A DNA stretch of 64,000 nucleotides from an uncultured delta proteobacterium (GCA_963769935.1 CAVYNY010000013.1:96001-160000); one strand, 5' to 3'; shown: positions 54,101 to 63,683, counted from the first letter of the stretch. Numbers and translations: made by a program. The notes: generated by a model from the sequence alone, not told the origin.

Positions 54101-54202
54101 GGTCTGGAGGAAAGTGCCAACCTGCTGACGGCGGCCACCGGCGATCCCAACACCCGCATTCCTGAAACCAAAGCCTTTATGGTGAATGTCACCCAAAAAT
54201 AG
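51128..54202 (+). CDS. fdhA: Periplasmic Sec-containing formate dehydrogenase alpha subunit (FdnG/FdhA type), 1024 aa
   Basis: Tat signal NRREFI; CCYCAVGC Fe-S motif; EHQARI-TGA(51701-51703)-HSATVAALAESFGRGAMTNHW in frame with the 51752 ORF; ALRGESNVQG. Confidence 0.96.
51710..51729 (+). promoter_or_regulatory. SECIS-like hairpin of fdhA
   Basis: GCCAcAG-UUGCGG-CUcUGGC stem-loop immediately 3' of the UGA. Confidence 0.7.
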
Positions 54203-54217
54203 AAGGAGGTGATCGCG

Positions 54218-54937
54218 ATGAGCAAGTCTTTTTTAATTGATACAACCCTGTGCACGGCCTGCCGAGGGTGCCAGGTTGCCTGCAAGCAATGGCATAATCT
54301 GCCGGCTGAAAATACCGTCAACCGGGGTACGTACCAAAACCCGGCCGATCTCTCCTTCGACACCTACAAACTGGTGCGCATGCGTGAAGAGGTCATCGAC
54401 GGTGAACTGAGATGGCTGTTTTTTCAGGATCAGTGCCGGCATTGCATTGACCCGCCCTGCCAGGACACGGCCGGCGACCCGACGGCCATCTTCACCGAAG
54501 AGGTGATCGGGGCCGTGATTTACACGGACAACACCCGTCATCTGGATCCAATCGAAATCCGCGAGTCCTGTCCCTATGACATTCCTCGTCAGGCTGAAGA
54601 CGGCACGCTGGCCAAGTGCGATATGTGCAGCGACCGGGTGCAAAACGGACTGGAACCGGCCTGCGTCAAGGTGTGCCCGACGGGTGCCATGAACTTCGGC
54701 GAAAGAGAGGAAATTGTGGCGCTGGCAAATGAGCGTCTGGCCGCTGCCAAAAAGAAGTATCCCAACGCCCGGTTGCTGGACCCGCAAGATGTCAGAACCA
54801 TTTTCCTGGTCGGGTTTGATCCCATGCATTACCATGACGCAGCGGTAGCGTCTGTCCGCCTTAAAGGCATGACCCGGCAAGCAGCCTTAAGAAAAATGCT
54901 TCGCCCGTTTAGCCGGGCGGCTGCGGGCCTTGGCTGA
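54218..54937 (+). CDS. fdhB: Formate dehydrogenase iron-sulfur beta subunit
   Basis: CTACRGCQVAC, CRHCIDPPC, CPY, KCDMC...PACVKVCP; AAGGAGGT RBS. Confidence 0.95.
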   Translation: MSKSFLIDTTLCTACRGCQVACKQWHNLPAENTVNRGTYQNPADLSFDTYKLVRMREEVIDGELRWLFFQDQCRHCIDPPCQDTAGDPTAIFTEEVIGAVIYTDNTRHLDPIEIRESCPYDIPRQAEDGTLAKCDMCSDRVQNGLEPACVKVCPTGAMNFGEREEIVALANERLAAAKKKYPNARLLDPQDVRTIFLVGFDPMHYHDAAVASVRLKGMTRQAALRKMLRPFSRAAAGLG

Positions 54938-54980
54938 AACAGGCCGAGTGGTATATTTAAGCGCTACACAGCGTCAATGT

Positions 54981-55013
54981 AAGGGGAGGAGGAGATTCCT
55001 TTCTCCCCTTTTT
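54981..55013 (+). terminator. Rho-independent terminator after fdhB
   Basis: aaggggag...ctcccctt stem followed by a T run. Confidence 0.7.
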
Positions 55014-55244
55014 AATATCTTATGGATATGGTAATAATTTAATTACTCCACCCTGAAAAATAAGAATACCTGGTGTGTATAAACGTATGGGTCAGATTGA
55101 AACTGATAAGATTGTATTGATATTTTCCGGGCGGATTAATTAAATTATATTTTGAAGTTGTGAGGTTGGATTTTGCTTGAATTCCGATATTGCGAGGTAG
55201 CCATAATTTAAACCCGCTGATTCAAAAATGTAAAAGGAAAGCAA

Positions 55245-56171
55245 ATGAAAGTAAATTTCGCCCTAACCTCCGATCAGGTCAAAAGGGCCGTTGAAGCAGT
55301 AAAAAAAAGCAAACCGGTTTATGAGGAAATCCTGAATTTTTACGGCCGCATGTTTGCCGCCCAGATAGCAAGTATGAGCCGTCTCCATATAGAACCGCTT
55401 CAAATTCCGGCTAAAATTCGATCCGTCAAGACGGGCGAAAAATTCCCCCTCATCAAAATAAAGCAATTTGCTTATGACAAAATTGAGTCCGGTAAACTGT
55501 TTATCTCAATCTGCCGGCTGGCCCACGAAGCCATCCCCAAATTGGCCCGCGCGGCTCGGCGCATCCTGGATGCGGTGGAGGAAACGGTAGCGCCGGATGC
55601 ACTTTTTGGGGCGCTGCTTGCCGGCGACGAAGCCTTATTTGAAAATATAAGCGCCGAGCTTGAAATCGAAAAACAGGTCCTGGGCTTTATCACCTACAAC
55701 AGCTTAAAGCCTTCACTTTGCACCTGCGCTGACCAGCTTGCGGGCTATTTGAATCAGAGCGAGCCCTGGCTGCTGGGGAACTGCCCGGTATGCGGCAGTG
55801 CGCCGATACTTTCCATCCTTGAAGATGAGGGTGCGCGAAGTTTAATCTGCAGTTTCTGCTGGTACAAATGGCCGGTGAAACGGCTCTACTGTCCTTTTTG
55901 TGAAAATTCAGACAGCAAATTGCTGCACTATTTATTCAGTGAAGAGGAAAAAGACGTTCGGGTGGACCTTTGCGATAATTGCAAAAAATACATTAAAACC
56001 GTCGATTCACGCCGGGCAAACCGTTTGATTTATCCGCCCCTTGAACAGATCTCAACACTGCACCTCGACATCAAAGCCCGCGCAGAAGGGTTTGAGGCCG
56101 GGGTGAAACTGTTTATGGAGATGCAGAATCCAAGGTCCCGGGGTTCAGAGGTTCCGGGTTCCGGGGTTTAG
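55245..56171 (+). CDS. fdhE: Formate dehydrogenase accessory protein FdhE
   Basis: CPVCG, CSFC...W, CPFC, CDNCKKYIK, TLHLD; follows fdhAB. Confidence 0.93.
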   Translation: MKVNFALTSDQVKRAVEAVKKSKPVYEEILNFYGRMFAAQIASMSRLHIEPLQIPAKIRSVKTGEKFPLIKIKQFAYDKIESGKLFISICRLAHEAIPKLARAARRILDAVEETVAPDALFGALLAGDEALFENISAELEIEKQVLGFITYNSLKPSLCTCADQLAGYLNQSEPWLLGNCPVCGSAPILSILEDEGARSLICSFCWYKWPVKRLYCPFCENSDSKLLHYLFSEEEKDVRVDLCDNCKKYIKTVDSRRANRLIYPPLEQISTLHLDIKARAEGFEAGVKLFMEMQNPRSRGSEVPGSGV

Positions 56172-56286
56172 GACATAGGGTCAAGGAACAGGTGCACGGC
56201 TCAAGGCGAGGGGAAAAGTAACTTATGAACATCGAACGTCCAACATCGAACGTCGAATGCGGGTACTACCATTGAAGCTGACAGAC

Positions 56287-58152
56287 ATGGAAAAACGCTG
56301 GTTCTGCTTTTTGGTGTTTGCTTTATTTGCCGCAGTAATTTTAATTCCGCCTTGCATAGCGTCAACCGCGCTTGACGAGGCGGTTAAGGTCAGAACGGCA
56401 TGGTCGGCGGACCGGGCACGTCCCGGTGATTCGATCGTCCTGGCAGTGGTGGCGGACATTAAAAAAGGCTACCACATCAATGCCGATGCGCGCCAGGTCA
56501 AATCATCTGAAGATTTCAAACCGTATCCCACGCAAGTGAGCGTTGTTGAAGCCGCTGAGGGGATGACCATCGAGTCCCCCCGCTATCCCAGGGCTGTTGC
56601 CTTGAAGGTGCAGTATGCGGCCGAACCATCCCTGTCTTTTGAAGGGCGGACCGTCATCTACCTGCCCATCAGGCTGGAAGAGACCCTGGCACCGGGCCAA
56701 GCGGGGATGAAACTTCAGTTTGAATATCAGGCCTGCGCCGACAATTACTGCCTGTTCCCCCAAAAGATTAAGATTGAAGAAACCCTTACGGTCGCAAAAG
56801 GCGGAGTCGTTTCAAAAATCAATCCGGAATTGTTTGCCGGCTTTTACGCGGCGCCCGCAGCCGCAGCGCCCCGCAGCGTCGATTTTGACCTGTTCGGCTG
56901 GGGTTTTTCGATCGATGCTTCGTCCGGCCTGGGATTGGTTCTGCTGCTGATCACCGCCGCCTTCGGCGGGCTGCTGCTGAACTTTACGCCCTGCGTGCTG
57001 CCGCTGATTCCGATTAAAATCATCAGTCTGTCGAATGCCGCCCAGAATCGGCGGCGCTGCCTCATGCTCGGGCTGACCATGTTTCTGGGGGTTCTGGCAT
57101 TCTGGCTGGCCCTGGGTGTCATGATCGCTCTGGTCAGCGGTTTCAGCGCGACCAATCAACTGTTCCAGTATCCGGCCTTTACCATCACAATCGGCGTCAT
57201 CATCGCAACGATGGCGACGGGCATGTTCGGTTTCTTTTCCATGCGGCTGCCTAATTTTATTTATATGATCAACCCCGAGCAGGATACCCTGCACGGCTCT
57301 TTCGGACTTGGCATTCTGGCGGCAATCCTTTCCACACCCTGCACGGCGCCGTTTATGGGGGCCGCGGCGGCCTGGGCCGCGACTCAGACCCCGGCCACAA
57401 CCCTTTTAACTTTTGGCGCCATCGGCACGGGAATGGCCCTTCCCTACCTGGTGCTTTCGGCCTCACCGGGGTTGGTCAAAAAGATGCCGAAAACCGGCCC
57501 GGCCAGCGTATTGATAAAGCAGGTGATGGGGCTGTTTATGCTTGCGGCCGCGGCCTATTTTATCGGCGTGGGGGTTGCAGCCCTGTTTAACAGTCCACCG
57601 AATCCGCCCAGCAGATTGTACTGGTGGCCGGTAATGCTGCTGGTCATCGCTGCGGGCGGGTGGCTGGCGTATCGAACACTTCAGATTGCATCCGGTAAAA
57701 AAATAAAGGTATTCTTCGCCGGTGTCGGCGTCATCCTGATCGCCTTGTCCGCCTGGGGATCGGTTCGGCTGACCGACAAGGGGCCGATCGACTGGGTTTA
57801 CTATACCGAAAAACGGTTTCAGGATGCGACCGCTGCCCGCAAAGTGATCGTCATGGTCTTCAGCGCGGAGTGGTGTTTGAACTGCAAAGCCCTGGAAAAG
57901 GGCGTTTTGGACGATTCCCGAATCATTGAACTGTTGGCACGCCGGGAACTCGTGCCGATGAAAGTGGACATCACCGGCAACAATCCCGCCGGCAAGGCCA
58001 AGCTGAGAGAAGTCGGCAATCTGACCATTCCGCTGCTGGTGATCTTCTCCCCGCGCGGCGAGCAGGTGTTTAAAAGTGATTTCTATACGGTCGAGCAGGT
58101 CTTGGATGCCGTGGCCGAAGCCTTGAGTGGCAAAGCGAACCCGGAAAGTTAA
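56287..58152 (+). CDS. dsbD: DsbD/ScsB-type thiol:disulfide interchange membrane protein
   Basis: Periplasmic N-domain with YQACADNYC, TM domain with LNFTPCVLP and STPCTAP, C-terminal thioredoxin WCLNC. Confidence 0.88.
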   Translation: MEKRWFCFLVFALFAAVILIPPCIASTALDEAVKVRTAWSADRARPGDSIVLAVVADIKKGYHINADARQVKSSEDFKPYPTQVSVVEAAEGMTIESPRYPRAVALKVQYAAEPSLSFEGRTVIYLPIRLEETLAPGQAGMKLQFEYQACADNYCLFPQKIKIEETLTVAKGGVVSKINPELFAGFYAAPAAAAPRSVDFDLFGWGFSIDASSGLGLVLLLITAAFGGLLLNFTPCVLPLIPIKIISLSNAAQNRRRCLMLGLTMFLGVLAFWLALGVMIALVSGFSATNQLFQYPAFTITIGVIIATMATGMFGFFSMRLPNFIYMINPEQDTLHGSFGLGILAAILSTPCTAPFMGAAAAWAATQTPATTLLTFGAIGTGMALPYLVLSASPGLVKKMPKTGPASVLIKQVMGLFMLAAAAYFIGVGVAALFNSPPNPPSRLYWWPVMLLVIAAGGWLAYRTLQIASGKKIKVFFAGVGVILIALSAWGSVRLTDKGPIDWVYYTEKRFQDATAARKVIVMVFSAEWCLNCKALEKGVLDDSRIIELLARRELVPMKVDITGNNPAGKAKLREVGNLTIPLLVIFSPRGEQVFKSDFYTVEQVLDAVAEALSGKANPES

Positions 58153-58209
58153 GCTCTGGTGACTTCCACCGTTCATATTCTTAGCTGATTTATTACATAT
58201 ATTAGCGGA

Positions 58210-58511
58210 CTTGATGTTCCTTTGAGTCGCGTTAAGATCGTACAACAAGTTCGCCCGGTCAGGAAATTCATCATCCCGGTCATATAAAATGAGCTGTAGT
58301 GGAATCTGCGGAAGCAAATCAAAAATCAGGCTCACCGCACCCAAACCAGCTTCTCCAGCCTGGCGTCCGCCGTAAGATGCCGCCGCCAAAAATAATTCCG
58401 GGATGCGCCCTTGAAAGCCTTGTTGCCCCAACCCGGTTCCAGTATTGCTCGGAAACCTTGCGGGAGTGTGTCGAGGTGTTCGGCCAATCTTTGATAAACG
58501 TCGCCGGTCAT
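58210..58511 (-). pseudogene. Mosaic remnant: N-terminus of a 4Fe-4S-protein-like gene joined to a DUF3786-like fragment
   Basis: GGAGG RBS + MTGDVYQRLAEHLDTLPQGF; then, in another frame, FDLLPQIPLQLILYDRDDEFP.RANLLYD, which ends abruptly. Confidence 0.65.
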
Positions 58512-58530
58512 GATGCGTTTTTCCTCCAAA

Positions 58531-60774
58531 CTACGCCGCTTCAACCCGGCAGGGAACATAGCGATGCATAGGGGTTCCGACAAAGTCTCGGTTTGTGTTT
58601 TTTGTTAATCTGTTGACGTTAGCGCCGTATTTAACGCCATCGTAGACCAGACCAAATCCTTGCGGAATGATGACCTGGCCCTTTCTGGCATCTGTCGTCA
58701 CTTCGACCTCGATGGATTCTTCGCCCGCCTCGGTGATAACCTTCACCATTTGTCCGTCGGAGAACCCATATTTCTCTGAGTCCGCTGGATTCATTGCCAG
58801 GGTGCAGGGCCGCCTGCCTTCGTTCCACGCAGGGTTCCGCATAGCTGTATTGGAATTCATGTCCATGTGACGTCCTGCCATTAGGATCAATGGAAATTCA
58901 TTATCAGTTTTCAGTCGTTTCTCTTCCTCATCGGGACTGATTTCCTTTATCCAGTCTTCCGCCTCTGCGGTATGAAGCCGTATCCTGCCGTCCTTTGTGG
59001 CCAATCTACCAAGGTTTTTCACGATATCCTGTACTCCGACCAGCGCGCCTTCCGGATGGTCGATGATGGCCTGGCAGAGGGCCAGCCCCTGGTCCGGTCC
59101 GGCGTCGAATCCCACCCCTGCCGCCGCCGCCTGCTTTGCCGGGGACCTCTGTAAAAGTCCGGTGAAATAGCTGGCCAGGTGGGCGGAACCGATGGTATTA
59201 CCCAGCGTCTTGGCTGCTATGAAGGGTACCCACATCATGTTTTCAGGATGCTCCCTTACATAACCTGTCAGCGCATCACGATATGTCCTCAGGCTGCCGC
59301 TTTCGGCAGCCTGGTAAAGTGAGTCGGGTAGTGCGGGGATCAGCCCCATGGCGTCGGCCAGGAGAGTGAATATCTCACCCGCTTCTTTCTGCTCTCCTTC
59401 TACCTCAACAACAGGCCGGCGCATCCGGCTGTATACGTCCAGGAAACCTTCGTTGGTTTTGGAAGGGATAATAGCGTCGGCCGTTGACCATGATTCGTAA
59501 ATTGACCTGCAGGGCAAAACGTAGTGTGCAAGTGCGGCGGTCTCACTCATTGCAATCTCGGTTACCACCAGCAGATCAAGCCGCCCGAATGCCTCTTCAT
59601 ACGCGGTCGTATCGGCGTAAGACCGCAATGGATTGGATCCCAGGACGAAGGCGGCCCTCAGCCGGTCGGGACGGTCGTTTGCGATCTCTTCCGGCATCAC
59701 ATTGGGGGGGAACATCCCCCCGATAGCCGGGATGTCGGTCACCGCTGTCCTCCACGTCTTGGGGTCATTCGGATCTGAGTACATCTTTCCGCCCACAAGG
59801 TAGTTTCCTCCCGGCACACCGATGCGTCCGCAGATCGCCAGCAGCACAACGAGCAGATAGGATACAAGGGCGCTGTGCCGGTTCATCAGGATGCCAAGAT
59901 CGTCACGCAGGCAGGACTGGCGTCTGGTGAATTCCTGGCAGACCCGGAACACCTGGTCGTACTCCAGTTCGCAGACCTTTAGCGCCGCGTTCACGTCAAA
60001 TCCGGCGAACCAGGGCAGTATCTCCTTGAACCCGTTAACGTGCTTGTCGATGTATTCCTGGTTATGCATTCCTTCTTTGAGGATGATGGCAATCATCGAT
60101 TTTAACAGCAAGGCATCCGTACCCGGCCGAAGGGCCAGGTGAATATTCGCTGTTTTCGCAGTTTTCGAACGCCGCGGGTCGATCGCTACAAGCATCTTGT
60201 CCGGGTCTTTGGAAATCCTGGACAATACTCTCCTGGCCTGGGGTATATGGTGGCTCATCATCCCATTCCAACCGACGGCCATCAGCATCTCTGTATTCTT
60301 GTAATCAGGTGCCAGCTCGAGCAGCTGGCTTCCGAATGTTAGCCCGTGCGCCCAATACCGGCCGGAAAACTCCTGATTGGCGGATGAGTACTGGTATCGC
60401 GACCCAAGAGCCCGAACGAAGCCGACCAAGAACCGGGCCGGGTAGAAGTTGAATTCGCCCCCGCCGGCGACCGAGGCTAGGGACCGCGGCCCATGTTCTT
60501 GAAGTATCTTCTTGAGTATTTCTGCGATCTCGCCGATTGCCTGATCCCAGCTTATGCGTTCAAACTTGCCGCCCGCCTTCTTCATCGGGTAAAGCAACCG
60601 GTCCGCATTGTGCTGGTGATAAACGATATTCAAGCCCTTTCGGCAGACGTATCCTTCGCTGATAGGGCTGTCCTTGTCAGGGCGGACTTTAACAATCCGG
60701 TTGTTTTCAACTTTGACTTCAAGGCCGCAGCAGACAGCGCACATTGAGCAGGTAGTCTTCTTCCATTCTTCCAT
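58531..60774 (-). CDS. Cytoplasmic molybdopterin oxidoreductase (DMSO reductase family, uncharacterised clade)
   Basis: CSMCAVCCG..C Fe-S motif, ISWDQAI, IDPRRSKTA, RPGTDA, ETAALAHYVLP, C-terminal MGD domain; no Tat signal. Confidence 0.9.
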   Translation of the reverse strand: MEEWKKTTCSMCAVCCGLEVKVENNRIVKVRPDKDSPISEGYVCRKGLNIVYHQHNADRLLYPMKKAGGKFERISWDQAIGEIAEILKKILQEHGPRSLASVAGGGEFNFYPARFLVGFVRALGSRYQYSSANQEFSGRYWAHGLTFGSQLLELAPDYKNTEMLMAVGWNGMMSHHIPQARRVLSRISKDPDKMLVAIDPRRSKTAKTANIHLALRPGTDALLLKSMIAIILKEGMHNQEYIDKHVNGFKEILPWFAGFDVNAALKVCELEYDQVFRVCQEFTRRQSCLRDDLGILMNRHSALVSYLLVVLLAICGRIGVPGGNYLVGGKMYSDPNDPKTWRTAVTDIPAIGGMFPPNVMPEEIANDRPDRLRAAFVLGSNPLRSYADTTAYEEAFGRLDLLVVTEIAMSETAALAHYVLPCRSIYESWSTADAIIPSKTNEGFLDVYSRMRRPVVEVEGEQKEAGEIFTLLADAMGLIPALPDSLYQAAESGSLRTYRDALTGYVREHPENMMWVPFIAAKTLGNTIGSAHLASYFTGLLQRSPAKQAAAAGVGFDAGPDQGLALCQAIIDHPEGALVGVQDIVKNLGRLATKDGRIRLHTAEAEDWIKEISPDEEEKRLKTDNEFPLILMAGRHMDMNSNTAMRNPAWNEGRRPCTLAMNPADSEKYGFSDGQMVKVITEAGEESIEVEVTTDARKGQVIIPQGFGLVYDGVKYGANVNRLTKNTNRDFVGTPMHRYVPCRVEAA

Positions 60775-60894
60775 GATACGCTCCTTTCCTAAAATTCTCC
60801 TTACAACATTCTAATGAGAAGCCCTTTCAAAAAGACTATTTTTCAGAGTGCAAATTCGGTAAAAGGTTCTTCATTTCATCATATCCAGTTTGCT

Positions 60895-61452
60895 TTACTT
60901 CGGGGGTGTCCATATCATCCCGGGAACAATTCTTACTTCTTTATTGGGATTGCGTTTTGCCCGCTCTTCCGCTTTGGATCCGGCCGTGACGTAGACCCGT
61001 TCCGTCCGGTCTTTGAAGGGCTTCAATATCCTTTTAACATGATCCTTTTTGTTCTTGAGGTAATCTTGCTTGACGTCTTCGCCGGCAGGACACACGGCCA
61101 TACAGTAGCTGCATCGGTAGCTCATCCGAAACATCAGCGATTGCCACATGAGGGCCGTTTCCCGGTCATCGAAGTGGGTGCGGTATTCAGCCATGTCCTG
61201 AGAGGTGACCATGGCTTCTACCCAATTCTGAAACCCGATATAATTGTCTCTGTAGGTGTGGGTGATGCAAGCCATAGAGTCGAAAGGTTGGCCTTTGGTA
61301 ATGGCCCCGGTGGGGCAGACGGCCGCGCAGAGGTTGCAATCGATGCATGGGTTTTCCGCAAGCGGGCGGTCATATTCACTGAGCACCCCGTTGATCAGGA
61401 TGCTTTCCAGCTGAATGCAGCTGCCGAACTTCGGGTGCAGAACAAGCCGGTT
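60895..61452 (-). pseudogene. 5'-truncated QueG-like double [4Fe-4S] protein
   Basis: HPKFG..IQL, CIDCNLCAAVCP, CSYCMAVCPAG; no RBS or N-terminal domain. Confidence 0.75.
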
Positions 61453-61606
61453 CGGCCACACCGGTTCCCAGAAATATGTTCATTCCGGGTCGAATTTTAT
61501 CCAGCACCTTATCCGGTTTAAGTATTCTATCCTTCCAGGACGGGTTTTCAACCAGACTCATGCCGGACCTTGATGATTTATTGGTCCGCCTAAATTCTAC
61601 AATCAT
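61447..61606 (-). pseudogene. N-terminal remnant of an acetyl-CoA hydrolase/transferase-family gene
   Basis: GGGAG RBS; WKDRILKPDKVLDKIRPGMNIFLGTGVAEP, then loss of similarity at the junction. Confidence 0.7.
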
Positions 61607-61755
61607 TGTTTTAGTCTCCCGCAGATTGCAGTGTTTACATTACTGTAGCTGACCGGAAAATTCTGTTTTTTACTTCAATCCTGCGAGTCACAGCCTGTAC
61701 AAATGTTGATTTGGCTTTTATGGCTTCTTCTTTTCTAATAAAGCGCTTAAAAACT

Positions 61756-61769
61756 ATACCAATCGGTAT
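61756..61769. promoter_or_regulatory. Candidate TetR operator 2
   Basis: ATACC-AATC-GGTAT palindrome just downstream of tetR and upstream of the next transcription unit. Confidence 0.65.
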
Positions 61770-61787
61770 TTTAACGGACAAAAAAAT

Positions 61788-62381
61788 TTACAATCGAAGC
61801 TCGGCATTTACCAGGTATATGATTTGATCGATGTTGCGGCTTAAATGAATGGTGTTGCCGGTCGCCTTTGACAGCATAAGTCCACCTTCTATCAGTGAAA
61901 CAAAAACAGATGCGAATTGTTCGGGTTTGGTATTGGCATTTATCTGTTTATGTTTAATACCGTTGTAAACAATCCGTGTGACGGTGCTTATCCAAGTTCC
62001 AATGGCTTCTGCTGCCCTCTCTTTTAAAGGTGGATGTATATGGTCGGAATCAACGACAGCATTTAGTAAGGGACATCCTCCTTTGCGGGTTATTTCCATA
62101 AAGTGGTCCAAATAAAAATTGGCAAATGCAATGAGTTTGTCACAGGCGTTTTCTTCGGAACGGACAACATTTTCAACTTTCTTCGAAATTTCATTAAAAT
62201 TATAGTCGAAAGCCGCAAGGGCAATCTCGTCTTTATCGATGAAATTACCGTAAATCGCGCCTTTGGTCATATTGATGGCCTTGGTCAACTGTGACATCGT
62301 CGTGCCCTTATAACCATGCATGTTGAAGATAGGTGCCGACTTTTTAATAATGAAATTTCTGGTTTCTTCTGCCTTGCTCAT
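61788..62381 (-). CDS. TetR/AcrR-family transcriptional regulator
   Basis: FNMHGYKGTTM...TKGAIYGNF..KDEI HTH; GGCPLLN C-domain. Confidence 0.93.
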   Translation of the reverse strand: MSKAEETRNFIIKKSAPIFNMHGYKGTTMSQLTKAINMTKGAIYGNFIDKDEIALAAFDYNFNEISKKVENVVRSEENACDKLIAFANFYLDHFMEITRKGGCPLLNAVVDSDHIHPPLKERAAEAIGTWISTVTRIVYNGIKHKQINANTKPEQFASVFVSLIEGGLMLSKATGNTIHLSRNIDQIIYLVNAELRL

Positions 62382-62406
62382 TTTTGCATCCTTTCAGATC
62401 GAGCAC

Positions 62407-62435
62407 AAAATATACCATTTGGTATTTATTGTCAA
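62407..62435 (-). promoter_or_regulatory. tetR promoter with overlapping candidate operator 1
   Basis: TTGACA-N17-TATTTT on the minus strand; ATACC-ATTT-GGTAT palindrome at 62412-62425 lies in the spacer. Confidence 0.7.
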
Positions 62436-62577
62436 GCATTTTATCTCATAAAACATCCGATCACAGATTTGCATACGCAAGCCTTCAATTTTTTGCGGGT
62501 GCCCAAATTGTGTAAATCGTGCCTCAATCAAACCCGGCCATTGGTTTGATTTTATAATATATTTGTTCAGCTAATCC

Positions 62578-63414
62578 TTACTTCCAGTGAATCACGGGTG
62601 CCTTTCTCTCCGGCAATCGATGATACTTAAACTTGGGATACCCTATCATCATCGGGTAGAACCAGGTGTGTCCCTCGGGCAGGCCCATGGATTCCACCAA
62701 CTCGGGGGTGGCCAGCATGGCCCCCCGAAGCAGCCCGGCCCAGCAGGTGCCCACGCCCAGGGGCAGGGCGGCCAGCTCCAGATAAACCAAGGCGATGCTC
62801 AAGTCCACCAAGCCGTTGGCGTTCTCTTTGGGAGCAGAGGCAACAATTAAGGTCTGGGCTGTGCGCAGGATGCCGTCGTAGCCGGTGGCCCAGCGGGTCA
62901 CTACTGGACCGAAGTAGTCGGCCGCCGGCGAGCCGGGCTGGGCTTTGATAACCCTTTCCATCCAGTTGATGGTTTCCTGGGACAACGACTCCAATTTGTC
63001 CCGCCCTTCGATCACCGTCCAATGAAGGTTTTGGGCGTTGCTGGCCGTTGGGGCGTAGCGGGCAGTCTCGATCAACTTTTCCAGAGTTTCCCGGTCCATG
63101 GCCTTGTCTTTGAACAACCGGATGGATCGCCGGGAGCGGAGAAACTGCTCGGTCTGATCCCGGGATAGGACCAGCTTTTTTTCTATCTCCGGGCAGTCTT
63201 CAATGTGCACTCCGGTCACGCTCAAGGCACCGTGGGGGCAGACGGCCACGCAGTGTCCGCAGGCCATGCAATAGGTTTCATCAACCTCGGCAACTTGAGG
63301 GAAACTCGCGTCATCTTGCTGGGTTATAATCTGTCTGGGGCACTCGGCCGCACAGATTCCGTCCTGTTTGCACTTGTTTTCATCAATCGTCAGAAAGGCC
63401 ATTTTTGTCTCCAT
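62578..63414 (-). CDS. Nitroreductase family protein with N-terminal ferredoxin domain
   Basis: CKQDGICAAECP, CMACGHCVAVCP, RRSIR, APTASNAQ, GVGTCWAG. Confidence 0.93.
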   Translation of the reverse strand: METKMAFLTIDENKCKQDGICAAECPRQIITQQDDASFPQVAEVDETYCMACGHCVAVCPHGALSVTGVHIEDCPEIEKKLVLSRDQTEQFLRSRRSIRLFKDKAMDRETLEKLIETARYAPTASNAQNLHWTVIEGRDKLESLSQETINWMERVIKAQPGSPAADYFGPVVTRWATGYDGILRTAQTLIVASAPKENANGLVDLSIALVYLELAALPLGVGTCWAGLLRGAMLATPELVESMGLPEGHTWFYPMMIGYPKFKYHRLPERKAPVIHWK

Positions 63415-63446
63415 GTGTAGTTGTTAAACCCATCGCTGGGGTGTTC

Positions 63447-63683
63447 TTACAAGATAGGATCAACTTTTTTAATTCCAGCTTGTTTTCCTTGTTTTCTGGC
63501 CTTAGCAATGAGGCTATCGAATTCATCGAGAGATGGGGGCGATATGCTTTTTAAAATGACAATGTCATTTTCACCCATAACCACAAATTGGGTGCCGGCC
63601 TTTAACTTCAGTTTTTTCCTTATATTTTCAGGGATTACAACTTGCCCTTTTGAGGACATTTTTGTTGTTGCTATATTTGCCAT
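63447..63683 (-). CDS. AbrB/MazE/SpoVT-family DNA-binding protein (antitoxin-like)
   Basis: TTKMSSKGQVVIPENIRKKLKLKAG motif; GGAGG RBS. Confidence 0.88.
   Translation of the reverse strand: MANIATTKMSSKGQVVIPENIRKKLKLKAGTQFVVMGENDIVILKSISPPSLDEFDSLIAKARKQGKQAGIKKVDPIL

Noticed and set aside
57463..58431. 322-aa minus-strand ORF
   Set aside because: Only the first ~70 codons are a DUF3786-like remnant; the rest is antisense to dsbD.
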